This document shows, one piece after another, positions 39,985-51,800 of a stretch of 64,000 nt of DNA. Below the pieces are notes generated by a model. That model ran no database searches. It saw only the letters and a program-made list of their open reading frames with translations, and had not been told where the DNA came from. Both the position numbers and the translations under genes were made by a program. The stretch comes from Phoronis australis (lineage: Eukaryota > Animalia > Phoronida). Location of the stretch: assembly GCA_002633005.1 (NCBI GenBank), contig NMRA01000167.1, positions 488,460 through 552,459 of the forward strand, in the 5' to 3' direction. Numbering within the stretch: the first letter of the stretch is position 1; each line of letters starts with the position of its first letter.

Positions 39985-41165
39985 CATTTTGTGCGCTATT
40001 AACGAATGTGAAGGTTCGCACATGTACATTGGTGAAACTAGCTTGATCTTGTTTGTGTGGTTGATTGCCATCCATATTGCATGATTTTCTTGCAGTTATG
40101 CCTGTATAGTTTCAGACTTCTGTGGCTTGTGTTTAAAACGTTAAGGTTCTGAACAACTAGAGGGGCAAGTGTTTGACCTTCATGCATTCATTTTAGCGTG
40201 GCAGTACAGAGTTGAAAGTGCCTACCTACATGCATGTCGAGCCTAACATTAACGGCGCATTCGAACACCGTTGAATCAATGGTTCATTCCGTTGTGTCTG
40301 TATTGCTAAACTAGGTTGTCATGCTAGGCATTTTGTGCAGTCTTCAACCTCCTTTTGGTTCTTTCAACTTTCCTTACGTAATGGTAGCAAGGCGAACATA
40401 GTTTGTGCGGTACAAAAACTCATGCTCCGAGATTTGAGTGATGTTGCGCAGTAGACTTTATGAAAGAAATCTTTATGCTAGGGCTTCATTGAATGGCGTC
40501 CTGGGGTCGGTTGAGCTCACGCTATGGGGATACCTTTGACCTTTGTATGTGATTGCTTTGGCAAAAGTTATGGTTAAGTTGCTTCTATTACTTGTGATCT
40601 TGTTGTTGAGTTTTGGTGAACTCATTGAGAATTGTGAATATTGAAGTTCGTTGAAATGTTGTACTCGTGTATATTTGAAAATACAGAATGTTTACAACAA
40701 TTTTGTTGTTTGGAGTTTCTACTGCTTATTCTGCCCGAAAGCAACATCGTCAATAGAACTTTATTTTGTCTGCTACTTTTTCCGTGAGCGCCATTATGTC
40801 GAATAAAGCATTAGGTAGAAGTGAAGAATCGTTTATTGAGGTAATTAATATTTACCACAGGTTTATGTTTTGAAATTTGCTTACCAGACTTAAATAAAGA
40901 GTTGCAATTTTAGTGTGATTCCTTCACAACTTCGCTGTATATTTTGCGATGAATTCAACCCGTGTGCTTACGGTTAGGTGTTACTGAAATGAAATGCTAC
41001 CTTAACTGAAAATGGGAGCCTTACTTTTCATCAGCGCAAAATTATAATTCGCTATCTGACCGACATTTAGATTAAATATTCATTGTCATATTAAAATTCT
41101 CACGTCATATTAAAAGGAAATAAATCAATCGACGCGCACAGCGCACAAGTTACGTTCTTAAAAAC
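39985..41165 (+). pseudogene. Diverged duplicate of the CCPG1-like 3' UTR (relic of a partial tandem duplication)
   Basis: Collinear blocks: 28133 gaagtgcctatcta..gcattcgaacactg matches 40214 gaaagtgcctaccta..gcattcgaacaccg; 28801 ccgtgtgcttaccgatcggtgttgctgaaataaaatgctacctgaact matches 40959 ccgtgtgcttacggttaggtgttactgaaatgaaatgctaccttaact. Boundaries are approximate. Confidence 0.7.
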
Positions 41166-42236
41166 AACAGCGGACTGGACTGTGCAAAAAGGATTCATTA
41201 ACAAGACGACATTTAGCAGTTGTTCAAATGTAGTGTTTGGTGTTTTTAAGACTAAACAAAAGATTTAGGGTGTCCCTATTCGTCCCCATTTCTCGCTTAC
41301 CTAAAACCAATCGAACAAAAAGAGTTGAAATGCTGAAATAAAGTAGAGTTGGCACAGGACAAATTTTTGGCCGTGAAGTGAATATGGTCAGTTTGTGTCA
41401 AAAAACCTAGACATAAAGTAGCTTCTACAGTACCTACATGTAGTTGTACTCAAGCTAAGCATTCCCGCTGACAACCTCCTACGACAGTTGAGGTCCGCTC
41501 CAAGAAACGCCCATGTGGCGCTTCAGATTTACCTCAGCCTTGAGACAGAATAATACTTCGTTTCTTGCCAACACCTGCTTTTGCTTATAAATTCTAAAAA
41601 CCCGAGAAAATACGTTTTATCAGCACATGTACGTGGTCAGTAACACAAATACGCTTGAAGACGACTCTGACCACCGCCTGTCAAGATTTGAAGAAGATAA
41701 ACTAACGTTGTTTACAACCGTGTTATTGAAAACTACCTGCCAGCTCACAGAAACCTCGTGCCAAAAGATGCAAAATTTTTAGCGCAACCAATTAAATGTA
41801 TATTTTAGAATGTTTTGTGAAGTGATTGGAGAATAGTTATAACAAAACAATAACAAAAGAACTGATAGAAGTGTCAGTTCACACTTCTCGGCCAGTGAAC
41901 CTGGATTAGAGTGAAATTTAAGAGGACTGTTCAGGCCAATTTCTTAATCCAGGTAAGATTCGTCACAACTCTAAAGGCAATTCCAAATTTCTTTGAAAAT
42001 ATTGCCAAAAGCTATCAAACGTGGGTAACCTTTATTTCTGGGTGGGTATCAATGAGGACCACCTGCCCAAAGAGCGCACCACTTGTCAAAAATCCCAACC
42101 GCTTCCTTGGTTTTCAGGCCACCCGAACAACACAGCTCTCTCATTCATGAGTGCGGCTCGCACAGTGAACCCTGCATTGACTAACTTGCACGGCCTCGCC
42201 TACGTAAAACGTGACTTAGGCTCTTCAAGCAACCCA

Positions 42237-42388
42237 CAGGGGCGGATCCAGGATTTTGAGTTAAGGGGGCCAGTGTAGAGTATTAGCCAGGATTTTGCCC
42301 GTCAGACATTCGCACCCCCGCACTGCCAAGTGCAATTTGGGAGAATTTTAGGGGGGGCGGGGCATGGCCTCCTCTAAATCCGCCACTG
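42237..42388 (+). mobile_element. 150-bp MITE with CAG(G/T)GGCGGAT TIRs and 5-bp TSD ACCCA (hAT5-like, inferred)
   Basis: accca|caggggcggatcc...aaatccgccactg|accca. Confidence 0.85.
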
Positions 42389-42465
42389 ACCCATATCTAC
42401 CTTATTAACATGACTGAGAATCTCGATGTCAATAGTCACCGTGAGTCGTTCTTGTGAGTCAGTGA

Positions 42466-43464
42466 CATAGGCGGATTTAGGGGGGCCCAGGGGGCCCGCC
42501 CCCCCCCCCTTGGCTGCCGCAAAAAATAAAACAGCAAAAGCGTAGGGAAATGTTGAGTTTATTAATTAACCCCGGTAATTAAAATTATACGGATGAAACA
42601 AGATTTAAATGTCTGCAGTTTTAGTGTGTTTTTTTTTGGGGGGGGAGGCTCAGATACAATTTCAAGTGTCAAATTCGGAACACGGCGCATTCGTAACGGA
42701 GCTATGGCTAAATATAGGCTCTCCCGCGATATCCCAGGCGACCGGCAGTGGCGCTGCGCACTATGACCCCGTTTCCGTCGTCTGCTCCACTGTGCTATGA
42801 AGAAAATTTACTTCATTTTTTAAAGAAAATGGAACCTGGGTGACGATGGAAAAACAGAAGCTGTTGGTAAGATGTGAATTATAATCGAAGCCTTAGTGAA
42901 TCACTCAGAAACTCATAATTCTCTCTTTGTCAAACCTTAAGACGATTTCCAAAACAATCCCGTCATTATTGCCAACACGAAAAACGGATTTGGTGCTTTG
43001 GGCATTTGAAGACTATTTTAAATACAACAAATTTGTTAAAAACAGACTGCACAAAATATAAAACACGTATTAAGCATTACAAAAAGAAGTAGGTTTCGCG
43101 CGCAAACGCTGAGGACCGTAAACAAGTTGTAAACAACGTAGTAAGGAAATCGTGGTGGTGTAGTGGTAAAGCACGCGCGCTCTAGCCGCCAGGTCGTGAG
43201 TTCGAGTCTGTGGAACTTGTAGTTTTTCCTGTTTGACACGTTCTTTTTTTTGGCTTTTTTTTCTTGGATAATACTCCAGGAATCAAGGAAAATGCTTGAT
43301 TTTTAGAGGAAAAAACAGAAAAATTTTCTCGCGGGAGGGGGGCAAACCCCCCTCCCGACCTCCCCCCATTCGGTGCTATACGCATCTACAATCGAGGTTT
43401 GCGCAAATGCTTACAGCCGGACAAAAAGTTGACCCCCCCTTGTGATAGCCTAGATCCGCCACTG
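42466..43464. mobile_element. About 1-kb non-autonomous DNA transposon with 5-bp TSD AGTGA, containing a tRNA-like segment
   Basis: agtga|cataggcggatttag...ctagatccgccactg|agtga; no long ORF. Confidence 0.8.
43152..43212 (+). repeat. tRNA-derived (SINE head or pseudo-tRNA) segment with Pol III A and B boxes
   Basis: A box tggtgtagtggt and B box ggtcgtgagttcgagtc at tRNA-like spacing. No good acceptor stem, so not called a tRNA. Confidence 0.55.
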
Positions 43465-45239
43465 AGTGAACTGAGTTTTCAGGTCCGTGATCCGTTTTGT
43501 GCGAAACCATACATGTATATGTTCACCATTGCGTGAACTGTGTTGTTAAAGATGGACATAGAAAACATTTTCTACTTCCTGTGTGAACCAAACACTATTC
43601 GTTTGTTACTCGTATAACTCTTGCAAATCTAGTGCAAGTTATGCTCTCATTCGCTCTCCCGTAAAAATAACTTCTTAACGGCTAAACACGTTCGTAAACA
43701 GCGTAAAGTGAGTGGAAAGTAAATCGGACCTATGCCCTTTTTATCAATCCAATGATATGCGCGCTTTTGACAAGGTTGGCAAGGAGTAGAAATTAGAAGT
43801 TTTAATATCTTCGAAGTGTGAAAGCTGGTGACATCAGAGGCGACCAAGAGAACCGAATATGGAAATTTCTACATATTCCTTTTAGTGCGTCTTTCGTGTC
43901 GCTGCCAGTGTCATATCAACCACGACTAGGGCACTGCTTGGGCCTCGGTCTGTTATCGAACGTATCATTGTAGCCATTTGTACAATTGTTCCGGTGTATT
44001 AATTGCACAAGTACATCCAATTGCAATGATAAATTTTAACATTTTGGGATCACTGAATTTGCATTTTGTTAAAAGTATACCAAACCCGGTTTTGGCATAT
44101 TGAAAGATACAAAAAGCGACTTTCCCATCTAGTTCTCAGAAACAAAATCACTCTGTAACCTCCGACAACCCTCAAAACGTTAGAAGAAAAATTGAAAATT
44201 CTTTTCAAAGTCTGCTAAATGGACAAGCGTGACCTGCATTGTACGCTTTTAGCGAATTACACTGCAACTGTGGCCCACCCACCAACTTAAAGACCGTAAT
44301 ATCCAATTTGTGACATAGGGAATATGAGTTTTTGGTTGATTCTCATTTTTCAATTATATCATAAATTACAACTTCGTAAAATAATAGAAAAAATCGTCTA
44401 AGGACACTTCTGTCCTTGCGGGTCCACCAGATCTTGAGCACCTGGACTTGGCTTCAGCTGCGTTCCGTAGACACAAGAATTTCACGAGTAAACCTAATGT
44501 GATCACGAATTGCATGACGACATTTTGGGAAGTCTTGGGTTTTCGCGAGATCCTAGTGTCAACGGAATAAAGCCCTCATAAGCTTAGTGGTTATTCCTGC
44601 ACTGATCGACTCAACATCTTTTTGTGTTGATATGAGGCTAAAAGGTCTTGCAGTATTGAAAATTGAGAAAAGTTGAACAACCAAGGGCACTTTCTGTAGA
44701 CCCTAGACACCCACGAATCACTTGTAACGAGAACTTTTCGCTATGGAACGGAAGAAGTGAAGTGTATAAAATAATTCAACATTCCACTGTCACCCACCAA
44801 TCCCTTCATCTAGTAGCTTCCGATCCTACTGCCGAAACGCTCACATTCAACTCGCGTGATTTTGCGTGGTCTTGCTTACTGGCGAGTTTCTCTCAACTCA
44901 CCACGGATGCGGGCAGACCGCAAATTTATGGGTCGGGATATCTGTACAATTATGTAACAAAGCGGTGGCCCCGTCGTGCATTTTGTGTGCTCGTGAAGCG
45001 TTGGTACATTGCACATACGTAAACATCTATCTATGTATTCCAATTCTTCCACGTTCGCCCTTCTGTAGTGGTGGTATCATTCGTTATGCCTTGGAGGTCA
45101 CAACCCTCACAGATTCGCACAACTAACCGCAAAGCCAACTCCACGTCACTTTAACATCCACATAATCCACGAAAGTGACCGTACGTGTCACAAATACTTC
45201 ACGTACATGATGAGATTTCTTCTCGAGACAAGGTGACCA

Positions 45240-45856
45240 TTAACCGAAGTCAAGTTTTGGACACGGTTGTTGTGCTTCTCTACCCATGAGCGGCCGAATC
45301 ACGAGGATAAACAGTGTCGACACCATGGCAATTGTCAAAAATAGCCAAAACAGAAACCGGTCTATTACGTGCGCCACTAACCTCCATTCGTTAACAATCT
45401 CCTGGTGGCGGTCCTCGTGGTCTTGCCTCGCTATCAGAATGTGTAAGTGGCGCGAAATATTATCAAAACACGAGTTCCTTTCCACAGACTCCAACCTCTC
45501 AGTAAACGGTTTCTCAACGGCGACGTATGAATTCCGTGGTTTGTAACCGTTGTGGTTTATATTGTTACTGATGTTCATGTTACCGTTGCAATTAGTAACA
45601 GGTTCTTTGCCGTCGAACACCGTTTCTCTTAAAGGATTGAGATGCAACTCCTCTCGTACGAACATATCGTCAGTATACGTGAAAGTGTTTATAGAAGACC
45701 GCATGCACACTAGTCTCGCTATCACTTTAAAGATGAGCGTGCGCATCCATTGTGGCACCGGACGCTGATGCGGACTGACGTGATGAATGTGCAAAACAAA
45801 CACGGTGAGGACAATCGACAATGACGTCATCGCCATGGTAACCGTCAGATAGATTC
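45240..45856 (-). CDS. nAChR exon 7 (M3, intracellular loop, M4, stop)
   Basis: ttttaacag| acceptor; in frame with ORF 45240-45836. Confidence 0.95.
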
Positions 45857-48800
45857 CTGTTAAAATGAGACATTAAAATGCCATGTAAGAGAGCTCTAGA
45901 CTACTCTTTTTGTGAATTGGTTCGCATGAACAACTTCACCCAACATTTCGCTGCTGTAAAGTTCAGTAAAACTGCTTCTTTAAAAATAGCTTAATAACCC
46001 ACTGGTGAATACCAAATTACATCTATTTATGTCACTCGATAAATATAGCATAGCTATTAGGAGTACACGTAACCTTAGCTTGCTATCTGAATAACACCCT
46101 TAAACCAGCCTTCTCTACCTAACCGCGTTTGTCGCCTCATCTCCGTCCACCAAGTTATTTTTTACGGATGTCACTATTTCCGTACACTCAGTCATGCTCG
46201 CCAACCTCATTATCTCCACCCATAAACTCATAATCACCAATTTCGTACCCAAATCATCGTCATCAACCTAGTCAGATCCACCCATCTTCGCTAACCACCG
46301 GCATATCAGATCACAGAATCATCTTCACCAAACTTTCCAACTACGTCCTTTGAGTCATCTTCGTCATCCCGTTTTCTCCGTCCACCAAGTCATCTTCACC
46401 ACCTTCACCAGGTCCGTCCAGCACGTTATCCTTACAACCAACAGCATGTTCGTCCACAAAGTCGCCTTCACCCACCTCATCATCTCCGTTCAGCAAGGCA
46501 TCATCGTCACCATATTATATCCGTCCAGCCAACCATCTTCACTAATCTTCCGCCTTCGTGCAGCAAGTCATTAGCACCATTCTCACCATATTCATCCACA
46601 ACGCCACTTTCGCCAACGTCTCCATCTACTGTACGTCTACTACAGTATTTCACCTCGGCCAGCCTCTCACTCTGCATTCACAAAGTCACCTTCGCTAAGC
46701 TCACCAACTCGGTCCAGACAGTTATCTTCGCCAGCCTTGTCACCAAGGTCCATAAATTAGTCATATTTTTCGACATCACCACCTTCTTTCATCTATTCAT
46801 TTTTGTCAGCCTCCCCATCTTCTTCAACTTCGCCGTAGTCATTCTCTATTCACCAAGTCGACGGAATCATCTTCTCCAGTATCGGTAACTCTGTCGTGCG
46901 TCCACCAATTCCTTCGCCAAACTCGTTTTCTCTCACAAATTCATCTTCGCCAATCCTGTTAGTCTTTTAGTCATTTGTCTTCAACCTCGTCATCCTTCGA
47001 AATGTCGCCAAACTTCGTGAATCTGATCAACAATCACCTCTACAATCATCTTCGCGAAACTAATTTTTTCGGTTTATCACACCATCTCGTAGACATTTTG
47101 ACCGCCTTTCTTACTAATTGCGTACTAAACTACAGTAATGTCTGTCGTGTATATTCGAACATCAACATTCAGCGATCCAGTGNTCGTCATCCCGTTTTCT
47201 CCGTCCACCAAGTCATCTTCACCACCTTCACCAGGTCCGTCCAGCACGTTATCCTTACAACCAACAGCATGTTCGTCCACAAAGTCGCCTTCACCCACTT
47301 CATCATCTCCGTTCAGCAAGGCATCATCGTCACCATATTATATCCGTCCAGCCGACCATCTTCACTAATCTTCCGCCTTCGTGCAGCAAGTCATTAGCAC
47401 CATTCTCACCATATTCATCCACCACGCCACTTTCGCCAACGTCTCCATCTACTGTACGTCTACTACAGTATTTCACCTCGGCCAGCCTCTCACTCTGCAT
47501 TCACAAAGTCACCTTCACTAAGCTCACCAACTCGGTCCACACAGTTATCTTCGCCAGCCTTGTCACCAAGGTCCATAAATTAGTCATATTTTTCGACATC
47601 ACCACCTTCTTTCATCTATTCATTTTCGTCAGCCTCCCCATCTTCGTCAACTTCGCCGTAGTTTTCCTCTATCCACCAAGTCGACGGAATCATCTTCTCC
47701 AGTATCGCTAACTGTGTCGTGCGCCCACCAATTCCTTCGCCAAACTCATTTTCTCTCACAAATTCATCTTTGCCAATCCTGTTAGTCTTTTAGTCATTTG
47801 TCTTCAACCTCGTCATCCTTCGAAATGTCGCCAAACTTCGTGAATCTGATCAACAATCACCCTAAACTACAGTAATGTCTGTCGTGTATATTCGAACATC
47901 AACATTCAGCGATCCAGTGCAGTTTTGAAGCAGTACAAATGGTTTCAGAAGAATTAAATATTCAATTGAGCGAAAAATGTAATTTGTAGATTATGACGCC
48001 ATTGCTATAGCTTACAATAGGACCGAAGTTCCCTTGAATCTGCCAAAATTAAAACGTCAACTGTAAATTGCTTGTTGTAGACACTTTGTTTTTCGAGTTT
48101 TCAAGTAGACCCTCGGATAGTTCGAATTATAAGGGGCAGGAGATTTACAAAAAAATATTCTAGGCAAGGTGCTCACCTATGAGAGGCACGAACTCTGAGG
48201 TAGCTGGCATACTCTCAGCTATCAACAACATGAAGACGGAAAAGGCAAGTAGAACGGTGATTCCCAAGGTGATCTTCTCTCCCGAATCGGGTGGTAGCCA
48301 GAAACTCAGGAGACTTAGAACAGTAAGCCAAAGACATGGGAAGATGATGTTAAACAAATAAAAGAGTGTCTTTCTGCGCATACAGATCACAAAGCGGACA
48401 TCCGGGTATGGCTCCGGCCCGATGGGATAGACGACCTCATATCTTGTTATGTTTATTCCAAGCAGGTCCCATTCTCCTGAAGAAAAAATATTTCGTTAAT
48501 TTCTTAAACATGTGTTGATATTAATTTACAGATCTTTCCCTTTTCTAGATGCAACGCTTCGTCTTTCATTGGCGGATCGACAACTTGATTTTTAAAAGTT
48601 CTAAAGCCTAATGTGGCACACTTTTCTGCTGATGCATAAGTCAGATTACATTGCACTTACGCAATGTTTTTATTAATGTTTACATTGTATGTATCACTGC
48701 CTCACCGGAAGGTACGTAGTTTCTTCCATCCACTCTTTCGCTTTTCTGCTTCAAGTCCACTTGAAACCCATCATAGGTCCAGCTGCCAAACTTCATCAAA

Positions 48801-51800
48801 CAACGTTGATCGTCAAACGGGAAGTATGTAATGTCTATCTTACAGGAACTCCTAAATTTGGCAGGCGGTGGCCAGAACACAGTTCCATCGAACATGACCA
48901 TGGCACGTGACTGCATATAACCTCTCGTATAGTCTTCGGCACTGTAAGATAACTGAAGAAGTAGCTTTGTCGTCTTTACAAAGGGAACACAATGAAGACA
49001 ACGTTACCTCTAGTAGATCAAGGGAAAAGCCATTAGGTGTACACAAGCTTCCACTATAGTTAGAGATAGAGATACATGTTCATGTAGGCCAAAAGTTATG
49101 CATTTCCGTCAACCGAAAACGTGCTGCAACCTTTTTTCCTTGAACACTCGACATCCACGATATTTAGAAGTCTCAATTTAAAGAGCGAGCTGCAACGGTC
49201 ATAGAAACTGACCAACAGTATTACTTTACGAAAAGAACGCCGATCGTTCTTTTATGCATTCCATGGGTTAGGATTGAACCGGATTTGAGAAGGACTTGGG
49301 ATAAGTTGCCGAAGCACATTAATACACATATTACACAAAAACCATATTAACCTGTTGTATAGAACAATGTCAGGTAACCATAGCTTTTCACATGGTATAC
49401 GGATCATTGCCAAGCCGTTATAGTCAGCCGGATCCCACCTTAATCTCTCGTCATTCCACTCCTGGAAACGAGGCAGCACATTTTAACGCAGTTCTGATTT
49501 TTATAAACATTGGTACATATATAACTCAAAATTCTACAGTGGTACGTTTGCTGATAGCAAACGTAAGAATTTCCTATCATCTTTGCGCACGAGTTTAAAT
49601 TAGCATCACATCTGTGCTTTAAAAGAGGGATTTTAACAGTCGGTGTGTTGCATTTTAACTAAAAAACCGTTTTCTATTTCGTATAGCGCTCAGGCAAATT
49701 GGTGGAAATTAGACATATAAAACAGCATAGAGCCAATAACAAAAAATCGCCAGCAAATTGAACTAAACAAATTCGAAAATGTTGCGAGTATAGCAGCGGA
49801 AGCAATTGAATAATTCTCGTGGCCTCTTAATTATATTAATCGTATTTCATGAGATTAGGAATACAACTAGCCGCGTTCTACTGGATACCACTTTGAAGGA
49901 ACATGTTGGCTGCCAATTGTACGTTTGTTAAATGAGACGTGGCATGTTATGCTAACACTGTCATCTCTTGACATTCAATTTGGATAGTTATTGAGCCGCA
50001 CCTGCTCGAGCCAGACGTTGGTCGTCAATACTTGATTCACTTCGTCCTGCAGAAGAGACAAGAAAGCTTTTAGGAGAGCCATTTTAGTAGAATAGAGTTG
50101 ATTTTATCAACTATAACAAAAACAAAGATTATGAATTCCAGTGCGTCCGAGATCTGTTTATGTTACCATAGATTATAGACAACAGATTCGCAACTCCGAC
50201 ATTCTCTTGCGTAATATCCTAGGGATTGAGCCACTCTCCCAAATTATCTGTCCCAGTTTCCGGTTAGTGTATTGTGACGACACAACAACCGACCATGATT
50301 AGCAGACGACGTACTTATCGAAAATAACACCACCAGATAATTTGGACACGTGTCCCTAGTGAATATGATGTCATGGCTTCTGTAAGAGTCTAGATTTCGT
50401 CCATTGAAAGTACACGGAGTTTGCGGTCCATGTACGGCAAGTATTTATAGTCTATGATGTCACGTAACTTGTATGTTACGGAAGCTGATCAGGCCAGTTT
50501 GGATGGTGTTGGTGTCATTAACTAGCTATGTATATTTCTTTACAGAATTTCAACGTAGCCTACCCGTAAAAGCATGCAGTATACATGTGTCGTGTCCCAG
50601 TTACAGAAAATACAGCCAAACTAAATCTTTTCTATTGTATAATACTGACCAATCTTGTGCCGGGAAATACATGAAAGCGCGAATGTCCAATTTGTAAGAA
50701 CAGCTTCACAATCTCTTTCTTTATGAACCAAGGCATTGTTTTGCTACCATTATTTTTAGAAAAGGGAACGGGAAAATGAATTTCAATATAGAAACGAAGT
50801 AACCTACCAGGTCAAAAATTTGTGCCATGGCAAAGCCAAACTTAACGGCTACCGGTAGTCTTCTTGCCGAGTTCAGAACAGGCCTCGTGCGGATGTCATA
50901 CGCACGAAAGAGGCGCGCCATTAGAAGTTGCTCGTCTGTCACATGGGCGACTTTAAAACAGGTTCAAACTCTTTGTGAATAACTTAAACAGACGTGATCC
51001 CAGTGTCACACATCTTGACAAACACTAGCGAGACACGTATCTAGCTAAATTCAACATACAGAATGGCTAACTCCCGAAGTAGGACACATAATGACGGACA
51101 GCAGAAGACTGCAGGACGTTTGACTATTTCCATGGTCCTTTTACGACTGCTCTCTCGTAATTGTGCATTGTTGGATTTTTTTCTTTCAAAAATACCTTCT
51201 GGGGATTGGAAACTCCTTATACTGCTAAGGAAACAATTTGCCACAATCATTTTGCATACGTCATTTCCTTTTAATCGCAAACGTCCAGTTAGTGAAATTA
51301 CCATGGATGACAGTCGACAGGTTGATCAGCCATTCTGTGTGCGTTCAACATGCACCTTGATACTCACCATGTCCGATATTTGCGTCAGAGCAAAGCCAAA
51401 TTTGACGGTGACTTTATGGGAAGCGTTATACACCGGGCGTGAAGCGGGGTCGTACGAGTGCAGGAGCTGAACCAGCAAGCGCTGCTCATCGGGAATGCGA
51501 AGGACTACACAACAAGAGATAGCACGGTTACTAGTCTGCCACAATGAACGAGGAGGGTTCAATAAGAGGAAGTCTCAACAACACGACAAGGCAGTCATCA
51601 CATTTTTGCACATAAAATACATGGAATGTGCCTTGAAATTGTCCAATTTTGCTGTTCATGTAAGCCTAACTGTGTTGGCGTCAGCAAAAATGAACAGACG
51701 GATGCGACACGTCATGGCCTTGAAATTCAGTAAAGCGATTATAAAGCCACTTTTTCTGACAGTAACCAATTTTTTCTAGATCACTTACTGTTATTGGATT

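Noticed and set aside
41911-42278. PIERCE2/C15orf65-like neighbour, expected from vertebrate CCPG1 synteny
   Set aside because: Only a fleeting NPNRFLGF resemblance, with no splice structure or conserved YxT motif.
43152-43212. Functional tRNA gene
   Set aside because: No convincing acceptor or anticodon stems, and it lies inside a transposon.
46350-47397. Ser/Pro-rich and acidic ORFs in the nAChR intron
   Set aside because: Low-complexity repeat translations that cross the N junction. The flanking exons already join in phase.
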